Both the position numbers and the translations under genes were made by a program. Shown here piece by piece: positions 36,861-47,537 of a stretch of 51,015 nucleotides of DNA. The notes under the pieces were generated by a model. That model saw only the letters and a list, made by a program, of their open reading frames with translations, was not told where the DNA came from and did no database searches. The stretch is taken from assembly GCA_038227875.1 (NCBI GenBank), contig JBBRPR010000059.1:1-51015 (forward strand), read 5' to 3'. Positions within the stretch are counted from its first letter, which is position 1; each line of letters opens with the position of its first letter. This stretch comes from Planctomycetota bacterium. GTDB lineage: Bacteria > Planctomycetota > SZUA-567 > H5-PLA8.

Positions 36861-37601
36861 ATGATTCAATCCATCGTCGAAGGATTTTTAAACGCATACT
36901 TCGAGCACGCACGACGTACTAACCAATTGCGACGGCCTGGAAAAATTCCAATTGAGATGTTGGATGAATCGATCCCGGAATCAGAAGGGTGGTTCGGTTG
37001 GAAACCTATTCCCAGCCAAGTCACTGACTCCGAACTTAATCTGCTAGAAACGGTAATCGGATTGAAATACCCACCCCCTTACAGACAGTTGCTAAAAGCG
37101 GTGCATTATATGGAAATTGATTTCGGCCCTGTGAGGTTCGAACCTCATCCAGTCGGCACTTGGCAAGACCGTTTAAAGAAACTCTACAAAGCATATTGTC
37201 CAAAGCGAATTCTGGGAACTGGACTGATCCCATTTGGTTCAGAAGGAATGTGGGATGCTGGACTAATCTGTTTTGATTCAAAGCACACGGATGGTGATGG
37301 CGACTGTCCGGTTGTATGTTGGAACCATGAATTTGTTGGTAAGGAGAAAGAAGTGTTCCCGCTGTTTTCATCGTCGCTTCGAATGTTCAAATGCCTCACA
37401 GTGGCTGGGCGGTCTGATTCTAACTTTGCCTATTTTCATGCGGAGTCGGATATAGATGCAGATTCAGAACAAGGAATGGAAAATACACACGACGATCTAG
37501 CTGCAAAACAAGAAATTATGAGAGAGTTTCTTGGCTTAGATCCAGAAGGCGCCGGTGGGGTAGCGCGCAAATATTGGACGCAATATGTCGATCCGAAATA
37601 G
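36861..37601 (+). CDS. SMI1/KNR4-family protein
   Basis: VTDSELNLLETVIGLKYPPPYRQLL...LIPFG...ICFD...PVVCWNHE...SS; AT-richer than its neighbours. Confidence 0.78.
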   Translation: MIQSIVEGFLNAYFEHARRTNQLRRPGKIPIEMLDESIPESEGWFGWKPIPSQVTDSELNLLETVIGLKYPPPYRQLLKAVHYMEIDFGPVRFEPHPVGTWQDRLKKLYKAYCPKRILGTGLIPFGSEGMWDAGLICFDSKHTDGDGDCPVVCWNHEFVGKEKEVFPLFSSSLRMFKCLTVAGRSDSNFAYFHAESDIDADSEQGMENTHDDLAAKQEIMREFLGLDPEGAGGVARKYWTQYVDPK

Positions 37602-37912
37602 TTGCCAGGACTTTTCGCCAATAGTATTCATCCCATTCAAATTTTGCACCTTCATCTAAATTCTGGAGGCCCGTCCGGTGATTGAAAAGAGTGCGATTCG
37701 TAAAATTCAGCAGCGCTTAAACCCCAAGAAAGGCGCGCCTTCAAATCCGACTGCAGAAGACCTCGCGGCAGTTTGCGAAGCGTTGCTCGAATTGCAGCGC
37801 CAGATTGACGCGTTGGACCGTCGCCCCGCCCGCCGTATTGAAATCTCCCGTTTTCGCGCCGCTCAATCGTTCAAATTCGCGTCGTGTTATAGGGAGGCGC
37901 ATCAGAATCAGC

Positions 37913-38434
37913 ATGAGAACGCAACGACGCGGATTTACGCTGATGGAAATGCTCGTCGTCGTCGCGATTGTCGTCATCTTGTCGGGTCTGGTGTTTGGCG
38001 TGCTCGCCTTCGTGTGGCGAAAGGCGAAGCGCGATCAGACTCAGATGACCCTTCAGCTCATCGCTACAGCACTGGACGACTACGATCAGGATCACCATGA
38101 TTATCCGCCTTCATCCATCGGCGGAGCCATTGATCCCACTGGGATGGAAGGCGCGGAGCTGCTCTACACGTACCTGTGCACGCCCGGCGCCAACGGGAAG
38201 CGTTACATCGTGCCGGGTCAATCGAATCCGACGTGCGATCCGGGGAATCTGGGTCGACCGAAATTGTGCGACGCGTGGAACCGGCCAATCCGCTATCAGC
38301 ATCACGCCGACTACCGCAACAACGCGCCAAACCGCCAGAGCTACCGCCTGATCTCCGCGGGTCCCAACGGTGAGTTCGAAGACGGCGCGGCCGATTCAGA
38401 TGACGTGGTGAACTGGGAGAAGAGTAAACCGTAA
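37913..38434 (+). CDS. Type II secretion pseudopilin-like protein (GspG-like)
   Basis: RRG-FTLMEMLVVVAIV prepilin cleavage motif; DAWNRPIRY...YRLISAGPNG. Confidence 0.85.
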   Translation: MRTQRRGFTLMEMLVVVAIVVILSGLVFGVLAFVWRKAKRDQTQMTLQLIATALDDYDQDHHDYPPSSIGGAIDPTGMEGAELLYTYLCTPGANGKRYIVPGQSNPTCDPGNLGRPKLCDAWNRPIRYQHHADYRNNAPNRQSYRLISAGPNGEFEDGAADSDDVVNWEKSKP

Positions 38435-38504
38435 CGTTTGGGCTGGTTTATGCGTGTCGTGGGTCAACTAAAATGACCCACGACTCGGATCACAATCCAT
38501 TTCG

Positions 38505-40982
38505 CTATTTTCGATGCGACAACTGCGCCGTCTGAACCAGCAGCACGCCATTGAAGAGCACGTGCGTCGAGACTTGCGTCGGTTGGCCCTGGGCGTCCTT
38601 GGGTGCATTCAGGAGCAGATTGCTTAGCAGTGTGCCGCTCAAGTTCAATGAGAAGCGTGCTTCCCTGGCCTTGATCGGGTTTCGCTTCGCATAAAGCTGA
38701 AAGCGCACCCCGTCTCCGATAGCGCGCGCGTGATCATCCAAGGTCAATTTGCGGACGTTGCCCCCCACGTCGACGACCAGCACCTTCCCAGTCGGATCAA
38801 ACCCGGCGTCCACGTGCAGGATGCCTTTGATCAGGATGACGTCCTTCCCATTCGAGAACTTTACCTTCTGTCCTTCGATGCGGAACCTCGTAGGCGGTGC
38901 ACCTTTAGTCGGAGAATCGCTCGGGTTTGTGGGAGAGGTACCCAGAGCTATTTCCATTTCATCGGGGACGCCATCACCGTCCGTGTCCAGATCCATGGGC
39001 CCGACAAAACCGTCAGAGTTGAAATCAGGCGGGGTTTTCGACTTTACGGTAATCGTCACCTGCTTTGTGGTCGTATTGATTTCGTCCGAGGCCGAGACCG
39101 TTGCCGTAAAGGTGCCTGCGCTCGCGTACACATGGGTCAGTTCGATGCCGGTCGTGCCATCGCCGTAATCAAAGGTAATGGTTGGCGTCGTGCCGTTGGG
39201 GTCGCTGGCAGAAACCGTGAAGGTTACCGTATCGCCGGCTGTGATCGCGGTGGGCGTCGCACTAAAGCTGTCGATCACCGGCGGGCTGTTCAGAACATCC
39301 GTCAGCGTCACTCTGGTACTCGTGTACGCGATTTGAAACGACCGATTCTGCGCCGAGATTATCGTGCCGGTGGGCAGTCCGCTGAATGTGCCAGTTACAT
39401 TCACACCCGTGACAATGGTATAAACCTTTCCAAGCGCGGAGTTGGCAGCACTGGCCACGGTGAGCGTGCCTGCACAGTTCACCGTGCCGGACGAAACAAT
39501 CTTGTCTGAACTCGGCAACGTGCCGTCCAAGTCCACGGAATAGTTTGAGCTTGCGTTGAAGATGACCGTACCCATCGTCAGCGTGCCGATACTGACGCCG
39601 GAAAGCCCGGGGCTCAGCGTCGCGCCGTTGGCAATCTGCGTCGTGCCGGCGATTGTGCCTGTGCCGCCCAAGGTACCACCGGTATTCACAGCAACGGTGC
39701 TGCCGGCGGGAGTTGCACCGGTTACCAGCAGTGTTCCTGCGTCGACCGACGTGCCACCCGTGTAGATGTATCGGTTGCCGGGAAGCACCAGGGTGCCCGC
39801 GCCAGTCTTTGAAAGTTTGCCGTCACCGGCGATCGCACCGATCAACGCCGCGGATGCTGTTGAATTCAAAGTCACTACGCCTGCATCGATTTGGAAGGTC
39901 AGCGGAAAAGTCGTGCCGTTGATGTAAATGTCGTCGCCCAGATTCTGCTTCGGTGAACTCGATGGAGTTGTGCCCTTCAAGGCCGAGTTGCCGCTGAACG
40001 TGATCGCAGCGCTGGCTTTTACGATCAGAAGGCCGCCATCGAGCACAAAGACCGCACCACCAAAACCCGTGCCGGCCTGTCCCGGACCGTTGTTGCCATT
40101 ACCGCCGTTGCCGGCGCCAAATCCACCAATCCCGGCTGCGCCCGAGCCTGTTCCGATTCCACCGCCGCCGCCACCGCCGCCGAATCCACCGGTACCGCCC
40201 GGCCCGCCGCTGTGTGCGCCCGTCGCGGCACCACCGCCGCCACCGCCACCGCCGAACGTGGCCGCGCCGCCGGCACCGCCGTTGTTCGTATTCACGCCGC
40301 CGCCCGTGCCGGCGATGCCACCGCTGCCCGGGAAAAACGGCGAGGATGCACCCGCGCTACCCGGACCACCTGTGCCAGAACCGCTGGGCGGTGTGCCTGC
40401 GTTGCCGCCATTTAAACCGCCACCGCCAGCGCCGCCGCTATTGGCACCGGCCGTATTGCCGTTTCCGCCTTGCGCCACATTCGTGGTGAAGGCCACATCC
40501 TGAATTGTCACCGTCGCGCCCGTATAGACAAACAGTCCGCCACCGGCACCCAATCCGCCGCCACCCCCACCGTCAGCCCCACCACCGCCGTTTCCGCCAC
40601 GCGCCGTCGTGTTGCGAACCGTCAGGTTTTTGATCGCCACGTTTCCCAAGCGCACAAAAAACGCGCTATATAGAGCTGCGCCGTCGAGCGCAAAATTTCC
40701 TCCGTCAATAGTCAGGTTCACGGTGATCGCCGGAAGGCTGGACGCCAGCGTAATATCCGATGTGAATATTACGGTATCGCCGGGCGTTGCCGTGCTGATT
40801 GCGGTGCGAAGTGTTGCGTCTGAATTAACGTTTACTGTGGCGGCCACAGCAGAATGTTGCTGTAAGAGTCCAAACAATACGATTGCTGCAATTGAATACA
40901 GCGTCCGAGACCGAGCACCCGCGAACTTGCAGACTTTCTCCGCAATCATTTCCTGGGCACACCCTTCGCAATTTATATCCAT
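38505..40982 (-). CDS. Secreted Gly-rich surface protein with an autotransporter-associated beta-strand repeat, PKD domain and Ca-binding repeat
   Basis: Signal-like segment; Gly runs; LSKTGAGTLVL..N.YTGGTSVDAGTL; FDYGDGT...HVYASAGTFTATV; DTDGDGVPDEME. Confidence 0.82.
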   Translation of the reverse strand: MDINCEGCAQEMIAEKVCKFAGARSRTLYSIAAIVLFGLLQQHSAVAATVNVNSDATLRTAISTATPGDTVIFTSDITLASSLPAITVNLTIDGGNFALDGAALYSAFFVRLGNVAIKNLTVRNTTARGGNGGGGADGGGGGGLGAGGGLFVYTGATVTIQDVAFTTNVAQGGNGNTAGANSGGAGGGGLNGGNAGTPPSGSGTGGPGSAGASSPFFPGSGGIAGTGGGVNTNNGGAGGAATFGGGGGGGGAATGAHSGGPGGTGGFGGGGGGGGIGTGSGAAGIGGFGAGNGGNGNNGPGQAGTGFGGAVFVLDGGLLIVKASAAITFSGNSALKGTTPSSSPKQNLGDDIYINGTTFPLTFQIDAGVVTLNSTASAALIGAIAGDGKLSKTGAGTLVLPGNRYIYTGGTSVDAGTLLVTGATPAGSTVAVNTGGTLGGTGTIAGTTQIANGATLSPGLSGVSIGTLTMGTVIFNASSNYSVDLDGTLPSSDKIVSSGTVNCAGTLTVASAANSALGKVYTIVTGVNVTGTFSGLPTGTIISAQNRSFQIAYTSTRVTLTDVLNSPPVIDSFSATPTAITAGDTVTFTVSASDPNGTTPTITFDYGDGTTGIELTHVYASAGTFTATVSASDEINTTTKQVTITVKSKTPPDFNSDGFVGPMDLDTDGDGVPDEMEIALGTSPTNPSDSPTKGAPPTRFRIEGQKVKFSNGKDVILIKGILHVDAGFDPTGKVLVVDVGGNVRKLTLDDHARAIGDGVRFQLYAKRNPIKAREARFSLNLSGTLLSNLLLNAPKDAQGQPTQVSTHVLFNGVLLVQTAQLSHRK

Positions 40983-41376
40983 GTCTAACTTTCCTTTCGT
41001 GGGAGGCCGGCCGTTTCAATACAGGGCTACTCGTATGCGATTCGCGCGCCAATCTTTGGGCATAAACAACGGATTGATACAAGGCATCAAGTGACTGAAA
41101 GTTAAAAGATTCGAAATGAGGATTCTTACGCTTGCCAGAAAGAATTGCCGTCCGTTAAAGCGTTGCGAGCTGAGAATTGGAAACGGTCCGGCAGAGTGGA
41201 AGACGCGATAAATTAGAAAAGAAAATACCGTAAGGCGCTCAACGACTGATACCACCAACACTATGCAGTATTGGCTCAATCGGCTTCGATGACAATGCGC
41301 CCGGCTTGTTGTTTCCACGAGATATTTTTTGAAGCACCCGTCTGACTCATCTTCACGCGTCGAGCCGGCGCTGTGT

Positions 41377-42366
41377 TCAGCGCCAACTCTGCAGAATGCG
41401 CGCGTAATTTCCGCGCTCGTAAGCCGCCGGGTCCGGGCAGTGCTGGAGACTCAGGCAGCCGGTCATCTCGCGAACGCTGGTGTAGTAGTGATCGGCCATC
41501 CAGTGTTCCATGTCCGTGCGCGCAACCTTGAGGTATTCGGGACCACGGAGCAATAATGCGGAAAGCATCTGCACCGCGTTGGCGCCGGACATGATCGCCT
41601 TAACGGCGTCCAATCCCGAATGGATGCCGCCGGTGGCCGCGAGTGAGCAACGGAGGTGGCCACGCAGGATACCCAGCCAGCGCAGCCGCAAGGGTAGTTC
41701 CGCGGAGGTGGATAAATGTACACGCGGGATCACGTCCATCAGTTCCGCGTCGATCTCCGGTTCATAGACGCGATTGAACAGCACCAGTCCGTTGGCGCCG
41801 AGCGCTTCAATCGAGACCGCCAGGTGGATCAACGAAGAGTAGAACGGCGAGAGTTTGACGGCGATGGGAATCGAGACGGTGCTGCGCACGGTCTGCACGC
41901 TATCCAGGACGCGCTTTTCGACAGCGGCTCCAGATTCCTTCTGGTCGGAAGGCAGATAGTAAATATTCAATTCAAGCGCGTCGGCGCCGGCTTCTTCGAT
42001 CAACTCCGCGTAACGAAGCCAGCCGGATGCCGTGGTGCCATTCAGCGACGCGATCACAGGCACGGATGTGGCGCTCTTGATGCGCCGGATCTGATCCAGA
42101 TAGTTTTCCGGTCCGAGTTTGAATTCATATGAACTGGGGAAGAACGACTTTGTTTCGGAGACGCATTCTGAATGCAATTCCATGTCCTGCAACGTCCGCA
42201 GCGCTTCCTCTTCAATCTGCTCTTCAAAAAGGGAGTGCATGACGATGGCGGCGACGCCCGCGTCTTCCAAGCGGCGGACCATGTCCAGATCATCGACCAG
42301 CGGACCGGCGCTGGAGATGAACGGATTCGGCAAGGTGAGGCCCAGGTATGTGGTGGTGAGATCCAT
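41377..42366 (-). CDS. Dihydroorotate dehydrogenase-like flavoprotein (nifJ-associated)
   Basis: MDLTTTYLGLTLPNP, SLFEEQI, PVIASLNG, ALELNIY, VKLSP, VLFNR, ATGGIH; AGGAG RBS before ATG 42366. Confidence 0.88.
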   Translation of the reverse strand: MDLTTTYLGLTLPNPFISSAGPLVDDLDMVRRLEDAGVAAIVMHSLFEEQIEEEALRTLQDMELHSECVSETKSFFPSSYEFKLGPENYLDQIRRIKSATSVPVIASLNGTTASGWLRYAELIEEAGADALELNIYYLPSDQKESGAAVEKRVLDSVQTVRSTVSIPIAVKLSPFYSSLIHLAVSIEALGANGLVLFNRVYEPEIDAELMDVIPRVHLSTSAELPLRLRWLGILRGHLRCSLAATGGIHSGLDAVKAIMSGANAVQMLSALLLRGPEYLKVARTDMEHWMADHYYTSVREMTGCLSLQHCPDPAAYERGNYARILQSWR

Positions 42367-42376
42367 GAGTATGCTC

Positions 42377-45300
42377 CTAGCTCTTCGGCTTTTCGATGAC
42401 CTTGGGCGCGTCCGACGCCGCGGATTTTCCATTCTCGGAACGGGCGGGGACCAGTGGTTTGGCGACTTCCTGGTAGAGCGCGAAGCGATGTGCGAGGTCC
42501 TTTTGCGCCGCATCGATGAGTTCCCGGTACTTGCCTGGATTCTGCTGCTCCACGATGCGGAACCGGGCTTCGTTCTGCGTGAATTCCTTCAGGCGGCGTT
42601 TGGGTGGAGCGGACTCCAGGACCAGCGGGCTTTCGCCGGTGGCTTCACGCCGCGGATCATAGCGGTAGAGCGGCCAGTAGGCGGTTTCCACGGCCAGTTT
42701 CTGCTGGTCCAGCGCCCGGGCCATGTCATAGCCGTGTGCGATGCAATGGCTGTAAGCGATGATCAGTGAGACACCGGGGTAGGACGCCGCATCCTGCAGC
42801 GCCCGCAGGGTCTGCGTGTCGCGTGCTCCGAACGCGACGCGGGCAACGAACACGTTGCCGTAGGACATGGCAATCTGGCCCAGGTCCTTTTTCGCCGTCG
42901 TCTTGCCTCCCGACGCGAACTTGGCCGCGGCGCCCATGGGTGTGGACTTCGACTGCTGGCCGCCGGTGTTCGAATACACTTCCGTGTCGAGCACCAGGAT
43001 GTTGATGTTCTGACCCGAGGCCAGCACGTGGTCGAGACCGCCGAAGCCGATGTCATAAGCCCAGCCGTCTCCGCCCACGATCCAAACATCCTTGCGGCAG
43101 AGGTAATCGGCCTGCACTTCCAACTGGCGCGCGGCGGGCGCTTTGACGTCCGCCAGTTTTGCTCTCAGCGCCACCACACGGGCGCGCTGCGCGATCACAC
43201 CAGCCTCGTCGGACTGATCGGCGTTGAGAATTTCAGCAACGAACGGCGCACCCAGGTTCTCAGAAAGCGATCCGAGCAGGAAGCGCGCGTTCTCAGCCTG
43301 CTTGTCGGCACCAAGCCGGATTCCCAGTCCGAATTCCGCGTTGTCTTCAAAGAGCGAATTGATCCAGGCCGGGCCGCGACCCTCCTTATTGGTGGAGTAA
43401 GGTGTGGTCGGCAGGTTTCCACCGTAGATCGAAGAACATCCCGTGGCGTTGGCGATGTAGATGCGGTCGCCGAACAATTGGGTGAGCAGCTTGAGGTACG
43501 GCGTCTCTCCGCAACCGGCACAGGCGCCGGAGTATTCAAAGAGCGGCTGAAGCAGCTGCGAGCCTTTAACGTCCTGCTTGACGCGTGTGCGATCGGCTTC
43601 CGGCAGGTCGAGGAAGAACGAGTAGTTCTGGCGCTCGGCCTGACGCAAGGGCGGCTGCGGCATCATGTCGATCGCTTTGTGGTTCAGTCGGGTGCGATCC
43701 TTGGCCGGGCAAACCATCACACACACGTTGCAACCGGTGCAGTCTTCCGGCGCGACCTGGATGGTGTACTTGAAACCTTCAAATTCCGCGGTCTTGTAAT
43801 CGACGGACTTGAACGAGTCCGGAGCGCCAACCAGCTCCTTCGGATCGTAAACTTTGGCGCGGATGGCGGCATGGGGGCAGACCATCGCACATTTGTTGCA
43901 TTGAATGCACAGTTCCGAATCCCAGACAGGAATTTCCTGCGCCAAGTCGCGCTTTTCCCAACGCGCGGTGCCCAGCGGCCAGGTCCCATCCGGAGGAAAT
44001 GCGCTGACCGGCAACAGATCGCCCTTGTTCGCCAGCATCATTGCCGTCACATGCTTCACGAAATCCGGAGCCGCGTCGGAGACCGGCGGCGGCATGCTGC
44101 GTTGCGCGGAGACCATTGCCGGGACTTCGACGCGATGGAGATTCTCCAGCGTCTGATCGACCGCGGCGAAATTGCGCCGGATGATCTCCTCGCCTTTGCG
44201 CCGGTACGTCTTCTCAATCGCGGCCTTGATCTGCGCGATGGCTTCATCCTTGGGCAGGACTCCGGAGATCGCAAAGAAACAGGTCTGCATGATGGTGTTG
44301 ATGCGGCTGCCCATGCCGGTGGCGTTGGCAACCTTCATGGCGTCGATGACGTAAAACTGCAGTTTCTTGCCGACGAGCGCTTCCTGAACGTCCCGCGAGA
44401 GGGTCGTCCAGACGTCCGCCGCAGACGAGGCGGTATTCAGAAGGAAGACTGCGTTGGGCGCGGCGTAAGCCAGGACATCATACTTATCGAGGAAGTTTTC
44501 CTGGTGGCAGGCCACGAAGCTCGCATGGCGGATCAGGTAGGGCGCGTGAATGGGCCGGGCTCCGAAGCGCAGATGAGAAATGGTCATCGCCCCGGATTTC
44601 TTCGAATCATAGACGAAGTAACCCTGGGCGTAACAACCGGCGTCTTCACCGATGATCTTGATGGAGTTCTTATTCGCGCCAACCGTTCCGTCCGCGCCGA
44701 GTCCGAAGAATACCGCGCGCACGACATCGTCGGGTTCAATATCGAACTCCGGATCCACGTTCAGCGAGGTGTTCGAAACGTCGTCAAAGATGCCCACGGT
44801 AAAGTGGCGCCGCGGTTTCTTTTGCGTGAGTTCGTCGAAGACCGCCTTGACCATTGCCGGCGTGAATTCCTTCGAGGCCAGGCCGTAACGCCCGGCGATC
44901 ACCGTTGGGCGCACCGTCGGACACGGGAGACCCGTGGCGTAGGCTTCTTCGAGCGCTGCGATCACGTCGAGGTACAAGGGATCGCCCAGCGCTCCGGGTT
45001 CTTTGGTCCGATCGAGGACAGCGATCGAGCGCACAGTTTTAGGTAACGCGGCAGTGAAGGCGGCCAGCGAGAATGGCCGATAGAGCCGGACGATCAACAC
45101 GCCGACTTTCTGCCCGCGCGCGTTAAGCCAGTTCGCGGTTTCCACGGCGGTCTCAGCCGACGAACCCATGGTAATGATGACGCGGTCGGCATCCGGGTGG
45201 CCCACGTAGTCGAAAAGCTGGTAGTGCCGTCCGACGCGCTCGGCGAACCGGTTCATCATCTCCTGAACGATGTCGGGACATGCCGCGTAATACGGGTTAA

Positions 45301-45997
45301 TGGCTTCGCGGGCTTGAAAAAAGACGTCGGGATTCTGCGCCGTTCCGCGCAGCACCGGGCGGTCCGGCGTCAGAGCCCGCTTCTTGGCTACGGCGATGTA
45401 TTCGTCGGCGAGCATGTAGCGCAAATCATCGTCGTCGAGCAGTTCAATCTTGGCAATCTCGTGCGAAGTGCGGAAGCCGTCGAAGAAATGCATGAATGGA
45501 ATGCGGGCACGCAGAGTGGACGCTTGCGCGATGAGCGCAAAATCGTGCGCTTCCTGCGCGGATGCGGACGCCAGCATCGCAAATCCGGTCTGGCGGCAGG
45601 CCATGACGTCGGAGTGGTCGCCAAAGATCGAAAGCGCATGTGTCGCGATGGTGCGCGCGGTCACATGCATGCAATAAGAGGTAAGTTCGCCGGCGATCTT
45701 GTAGAGATTTGGAATCATCAAGAGCAGGCCTTGCGAGGCCGTGAACGTAGTGGCCAGCGATCCGGCCTGCAATGCACCGTGGATCGCACCGATGGCGCCA
45801 CCTTCCGATTGCATTTCTGCAATCGTGGGCACGACGCCCCAGATATTCTGCTTGCCTTGATTCGCCCACTCATCCGCCAATTCACCCATCGTCGACGATG
45901 GGGTAATGGGGTAAAGTGCGATGACTTCGTTGGTGCGATAAGCCACCGATGCGGCGGCTTCATTTCCGTCTACTGTGATTTGTCGTCGATGAGACAT
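42377..45997 (-). CDS. nifJ: Pyruvate:ferredoxin (flavodoxin) oxidoreductase
   Basis: DGNEAAA, YPITPSS, QSEGGA, two ferredoxin motifs (CIQCNKC..CP, CTGCNVC..CP), GACAGCGE, GGDGWAYDIG. Start ATG 45997. Confidence 0.96.
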   Translation of the reverse strand: MSHRRQITVDGNEAAASVAYRTNEVIALYPITPSSTMGELADEWANQGKQNIWGVVPTIAEMQSEGGAIGAIHGALQAGSLATTFTASQGLLLMIPNLYKIAGELTSYCMHVTARTIATHALSIFGDHSDVMACRQTGFAMLASASAQEAHDFALIAQASTLRARIPFMHFFDGFRTSHEIAKIELLDDDDLRYMLADEYIAVAKKRALTPDRPVLRGTAQNPDVFFQAREAINPYYAACPDIVQEMMNRFAERVGRHYQLFDYVGHPDADRVIITMGSSAETAVETANWLNARGQKVGVLIVRLYRPFSLAAFTAALPKTVRSIAVLDRTKEPGALGDPLYLDVIAALEEAYATGLPCPTVRPTVIAGRYGLASKEFTPAMVKAVFDELTQKKPRRHFTVGIFDDVSNTSLNVDPEFDIEPDDVVRAVFFGLGADGTVGANKNSIKIIGEDAGCYAQGYFVYDSKKSGAMTISHLRFGARPIHAPYLIRHASFVACHQENFLDKYDVLAYAAPNAVFLLNTASSAADVWTTLSRDVQEALVGKKLQFYVIDAMKVANATGMGSRINTIMQTCFFAISGVLPKDEAIAQIKAAIEKTYRRKGEEIIRRNFAAVDQTLENLHRVEVPAMVSAQRSMPPPVSDAAPDFVKHVTAMMLANKGDLLPVSAFPPDGTWPLGTARWEKRDLAQEIPVWDSELCIQCNKCAMVCPHAAIRAKVYDPKELVGAPDSFKSVDYKTAEFEGFKYTIQVAPEDCTGCNVCVMVCPAKDRTRLNHKAIDMMPQPPLRQAERQNYSFFLDLPEADRTRVKQDVKGSQLLQPLFEYSGACAGCGETPYLKLLTQLFGDRIYIANATGCSSIYGGNLPTTPYSTNKEGRGPAWINSLFEDNAEFGLGIRLGADKQAENARFLLGSLSENLGAPFVAEILNADQSDEAGVIAQRARVVALRAKLADVKAPAARQLEVQADYLCRKDVWIVGGDGWAYDIGFGGLDHVLASGQNINILVLDTEVYSNTGGQQSKSTPMGAAAKFASGGKTTAKKDLGQIAMSYGNVFVARVAFGARDTQTLRALQDAASYPGVSLIIAYSHCIAHGYDMARALDQQKLAVETAYWPLYRYDPRREATGESPLVLESAPPKRRLKEFTQNEARFRIVEQQNPGKYRELIDAAQKDLAHRFALYQEVAKPLVPARSENGKSAASDAPKVIEKPKS

Positions 45998-46222
45998 GGC
46001 TTCTCCAATCGGTATGACTCTGGAGTGTCCACATCGCGTGCCATCCTCGATTTCGCGGCAGAAAAACTTTAAAGCACACTGAGGCAATTAGTTGCAGAAT
46101 CGGTGCCTGCGCCGACCGCCGCGGCAGCGACTGCAAGGGTGGGAATGAACTTTCAAGTTTGAGAACACACCAGCGCATGTTTTCGGCATTGAGAAGTCCC
46201 GGGAGGAGTGAGGTGCATTTTT

Positions 46223-46642
46223 ATGGCTCACATCGCGTTTCTTGTGGACTGGGAGAAGTTTCAGACCGAACTCAAAGCAACAAGAAGCTACGAACAGACC
46301 CTCGACCACTTCACGTACGAATCTGGCCCTGAAGATCTCGATGACATGGAAAATTCCACATTCCACCTTATATGGACGTGGATTCGCGATCATTTGGATG
46401 TGCCATGGCAGAACGCGTTCGAAAACATATTTTCGTTCGAATTAAATCCTGCGATTCAATTGGAAAAGGAGCAGGGCTATGAACCCTATCCTCGGTTTTG
46501 GATTTCCAAAACGTGTAGTCCGGAGGAAGTTAAATTTCACCTGAAGGCTTGGAGAGATATTGAATACAAACCATTGTTGCGTCGCATACCCAAGAAATAT
46601 CGAGCGCGCTACATCGGAATGGCGTTGTACGCAAAGGAATGA
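46223..46642 (+). CDS. Hypothetical protein
   Basis: 139-aa AT-richer ORF with GAGG upstream; no recognisable motif. Confidence 0.55.
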   Translation: MAHIAFLVDWEKFQTELKATRSYEQTLDHFTYESGPEDLDDMENSTFHLIWTWIRDHLDVPWQNAFENIFSFELNPAIQLEKEQGYEPYPRFWISKTCSPEEVKFHLKAWRDIEYKPLLRRIPKKYRARYIGMALYAKE

Positions 46643-46763
46643 AAGCAGATTTTCAAAAAAGCACGTGATGAGGGGAAGGGACTAGTAATTTGCTTTAGGT
46701 GGGACCATTAAACCGGCACGGCGCTGAATCGGATGACGTCGTGAATTGCAAGGATCCGTGAGG

Positions 46764-47267
46764 TCATACTCTGCGCGCGCCGCACCCGTTGCATTCTGAG
46801 AATGTTTCGGCACGGATCTTTCCCGGACAGTACGGGCAATTATCGGTTTCGATCGGCACGACGTTGGCAGCCGCAAATTTCTGATCGGCCTTGAGCTGCA
46901 GTTTCAAAACCCAGACGCACAGCGCCGAGAAAAAGAGCATGCCCAAACCCATTCCGATCAATGAGAGTTGATCCCGTTTCGCTAAAAATCCTCCGACGAA
47001 CATGAATGCACCGAACAGGCCGAGAACAACCGCGCCAGCAATCAGTACAGCGGGACGCTCACGGACCGGGTTGGGATTCTTGCCGCAGGTGGCGCAGCGC
47101 CAATTTTTAACAAAGCCCAACGGCAGCACCGACACAAAGATCACGTGCCAGAAGTTGAATGTCCGGTACTGCTCCGTCAGACGCGGCTCTTTGCAATGGA
47201 TGCAGTTGCTGTGCCGAAATCCGACGCGCGTTTCCGAGAACCGGTAGATGCCGTGGAGTAGGAGCAT
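46764..47267 (-). CDS. Zn-ribbon membrane protein
   Basis: CIHC...HVIFVSVLPLG...CATC, two TM helices, and C-terminal CPYC...CNGC. Confidence 0.7.
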   Translation of the reverse strand: MLLLHGIYRFSETRVGFRHSNCIHCKEPRLTEQYRTFNFWHVIFVSVLPLGFVKNWRCATCGKNPNPVRERPAVLIAGAVVLGLFGAFMFVGGFLAKRDQLSLIGMGLGMLFFSALCVWVLKLQLKADQKFAAANVVPIETDNCPYCPGKIRAETFSECNGCGARRV

Positions 47268-47317
47268 GCGAGTCTGCCTGTCTGACTATACCAAACGGGA
47301 TCGTTTTGATAATTTCA

Positions 47318-47400
47318 TACCGGAGGAGGGAATCGAACCCTCACGAGGTTGCCCTCGGTGGATTTTGAATCCACTGCGTCTGCCGTTCCGCCACTCCGGC
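47318..47400 (-). tRNA. tRNA-Leu (CAA), CCA not encoded
   Basis: Acceptor GCCGGAG/CTCCGGT+A, D-loop GGAACGGCAGAC, anticodon arm GTGGA-TTCAAAA-TCCAC, long variable arm, T-arm GAGGG-TTCGATT-CCCTC. Confidence 0.96.
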
Positions 47401-47537
47401 GAGTGTTGCTGCAACTTCTTTACCCTGTATAACTTGCTAGTACTAAGCGACTTGTATATACATTTGGTCCTGTCACCGTTGTGCAACTAACCGTAAAACC
47501 TGTTGTGCAGTGTTGTGTAAACTGCCTTGGACAACCA

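Noticed and set aside
46029..46043. Possible sigma54 promoter upstream of nifJ (TGGCACGCGATGTGG, minus strand)
   Set aside because: The -24 element is good but the -12 position reads GG instead of GC; not enough support.
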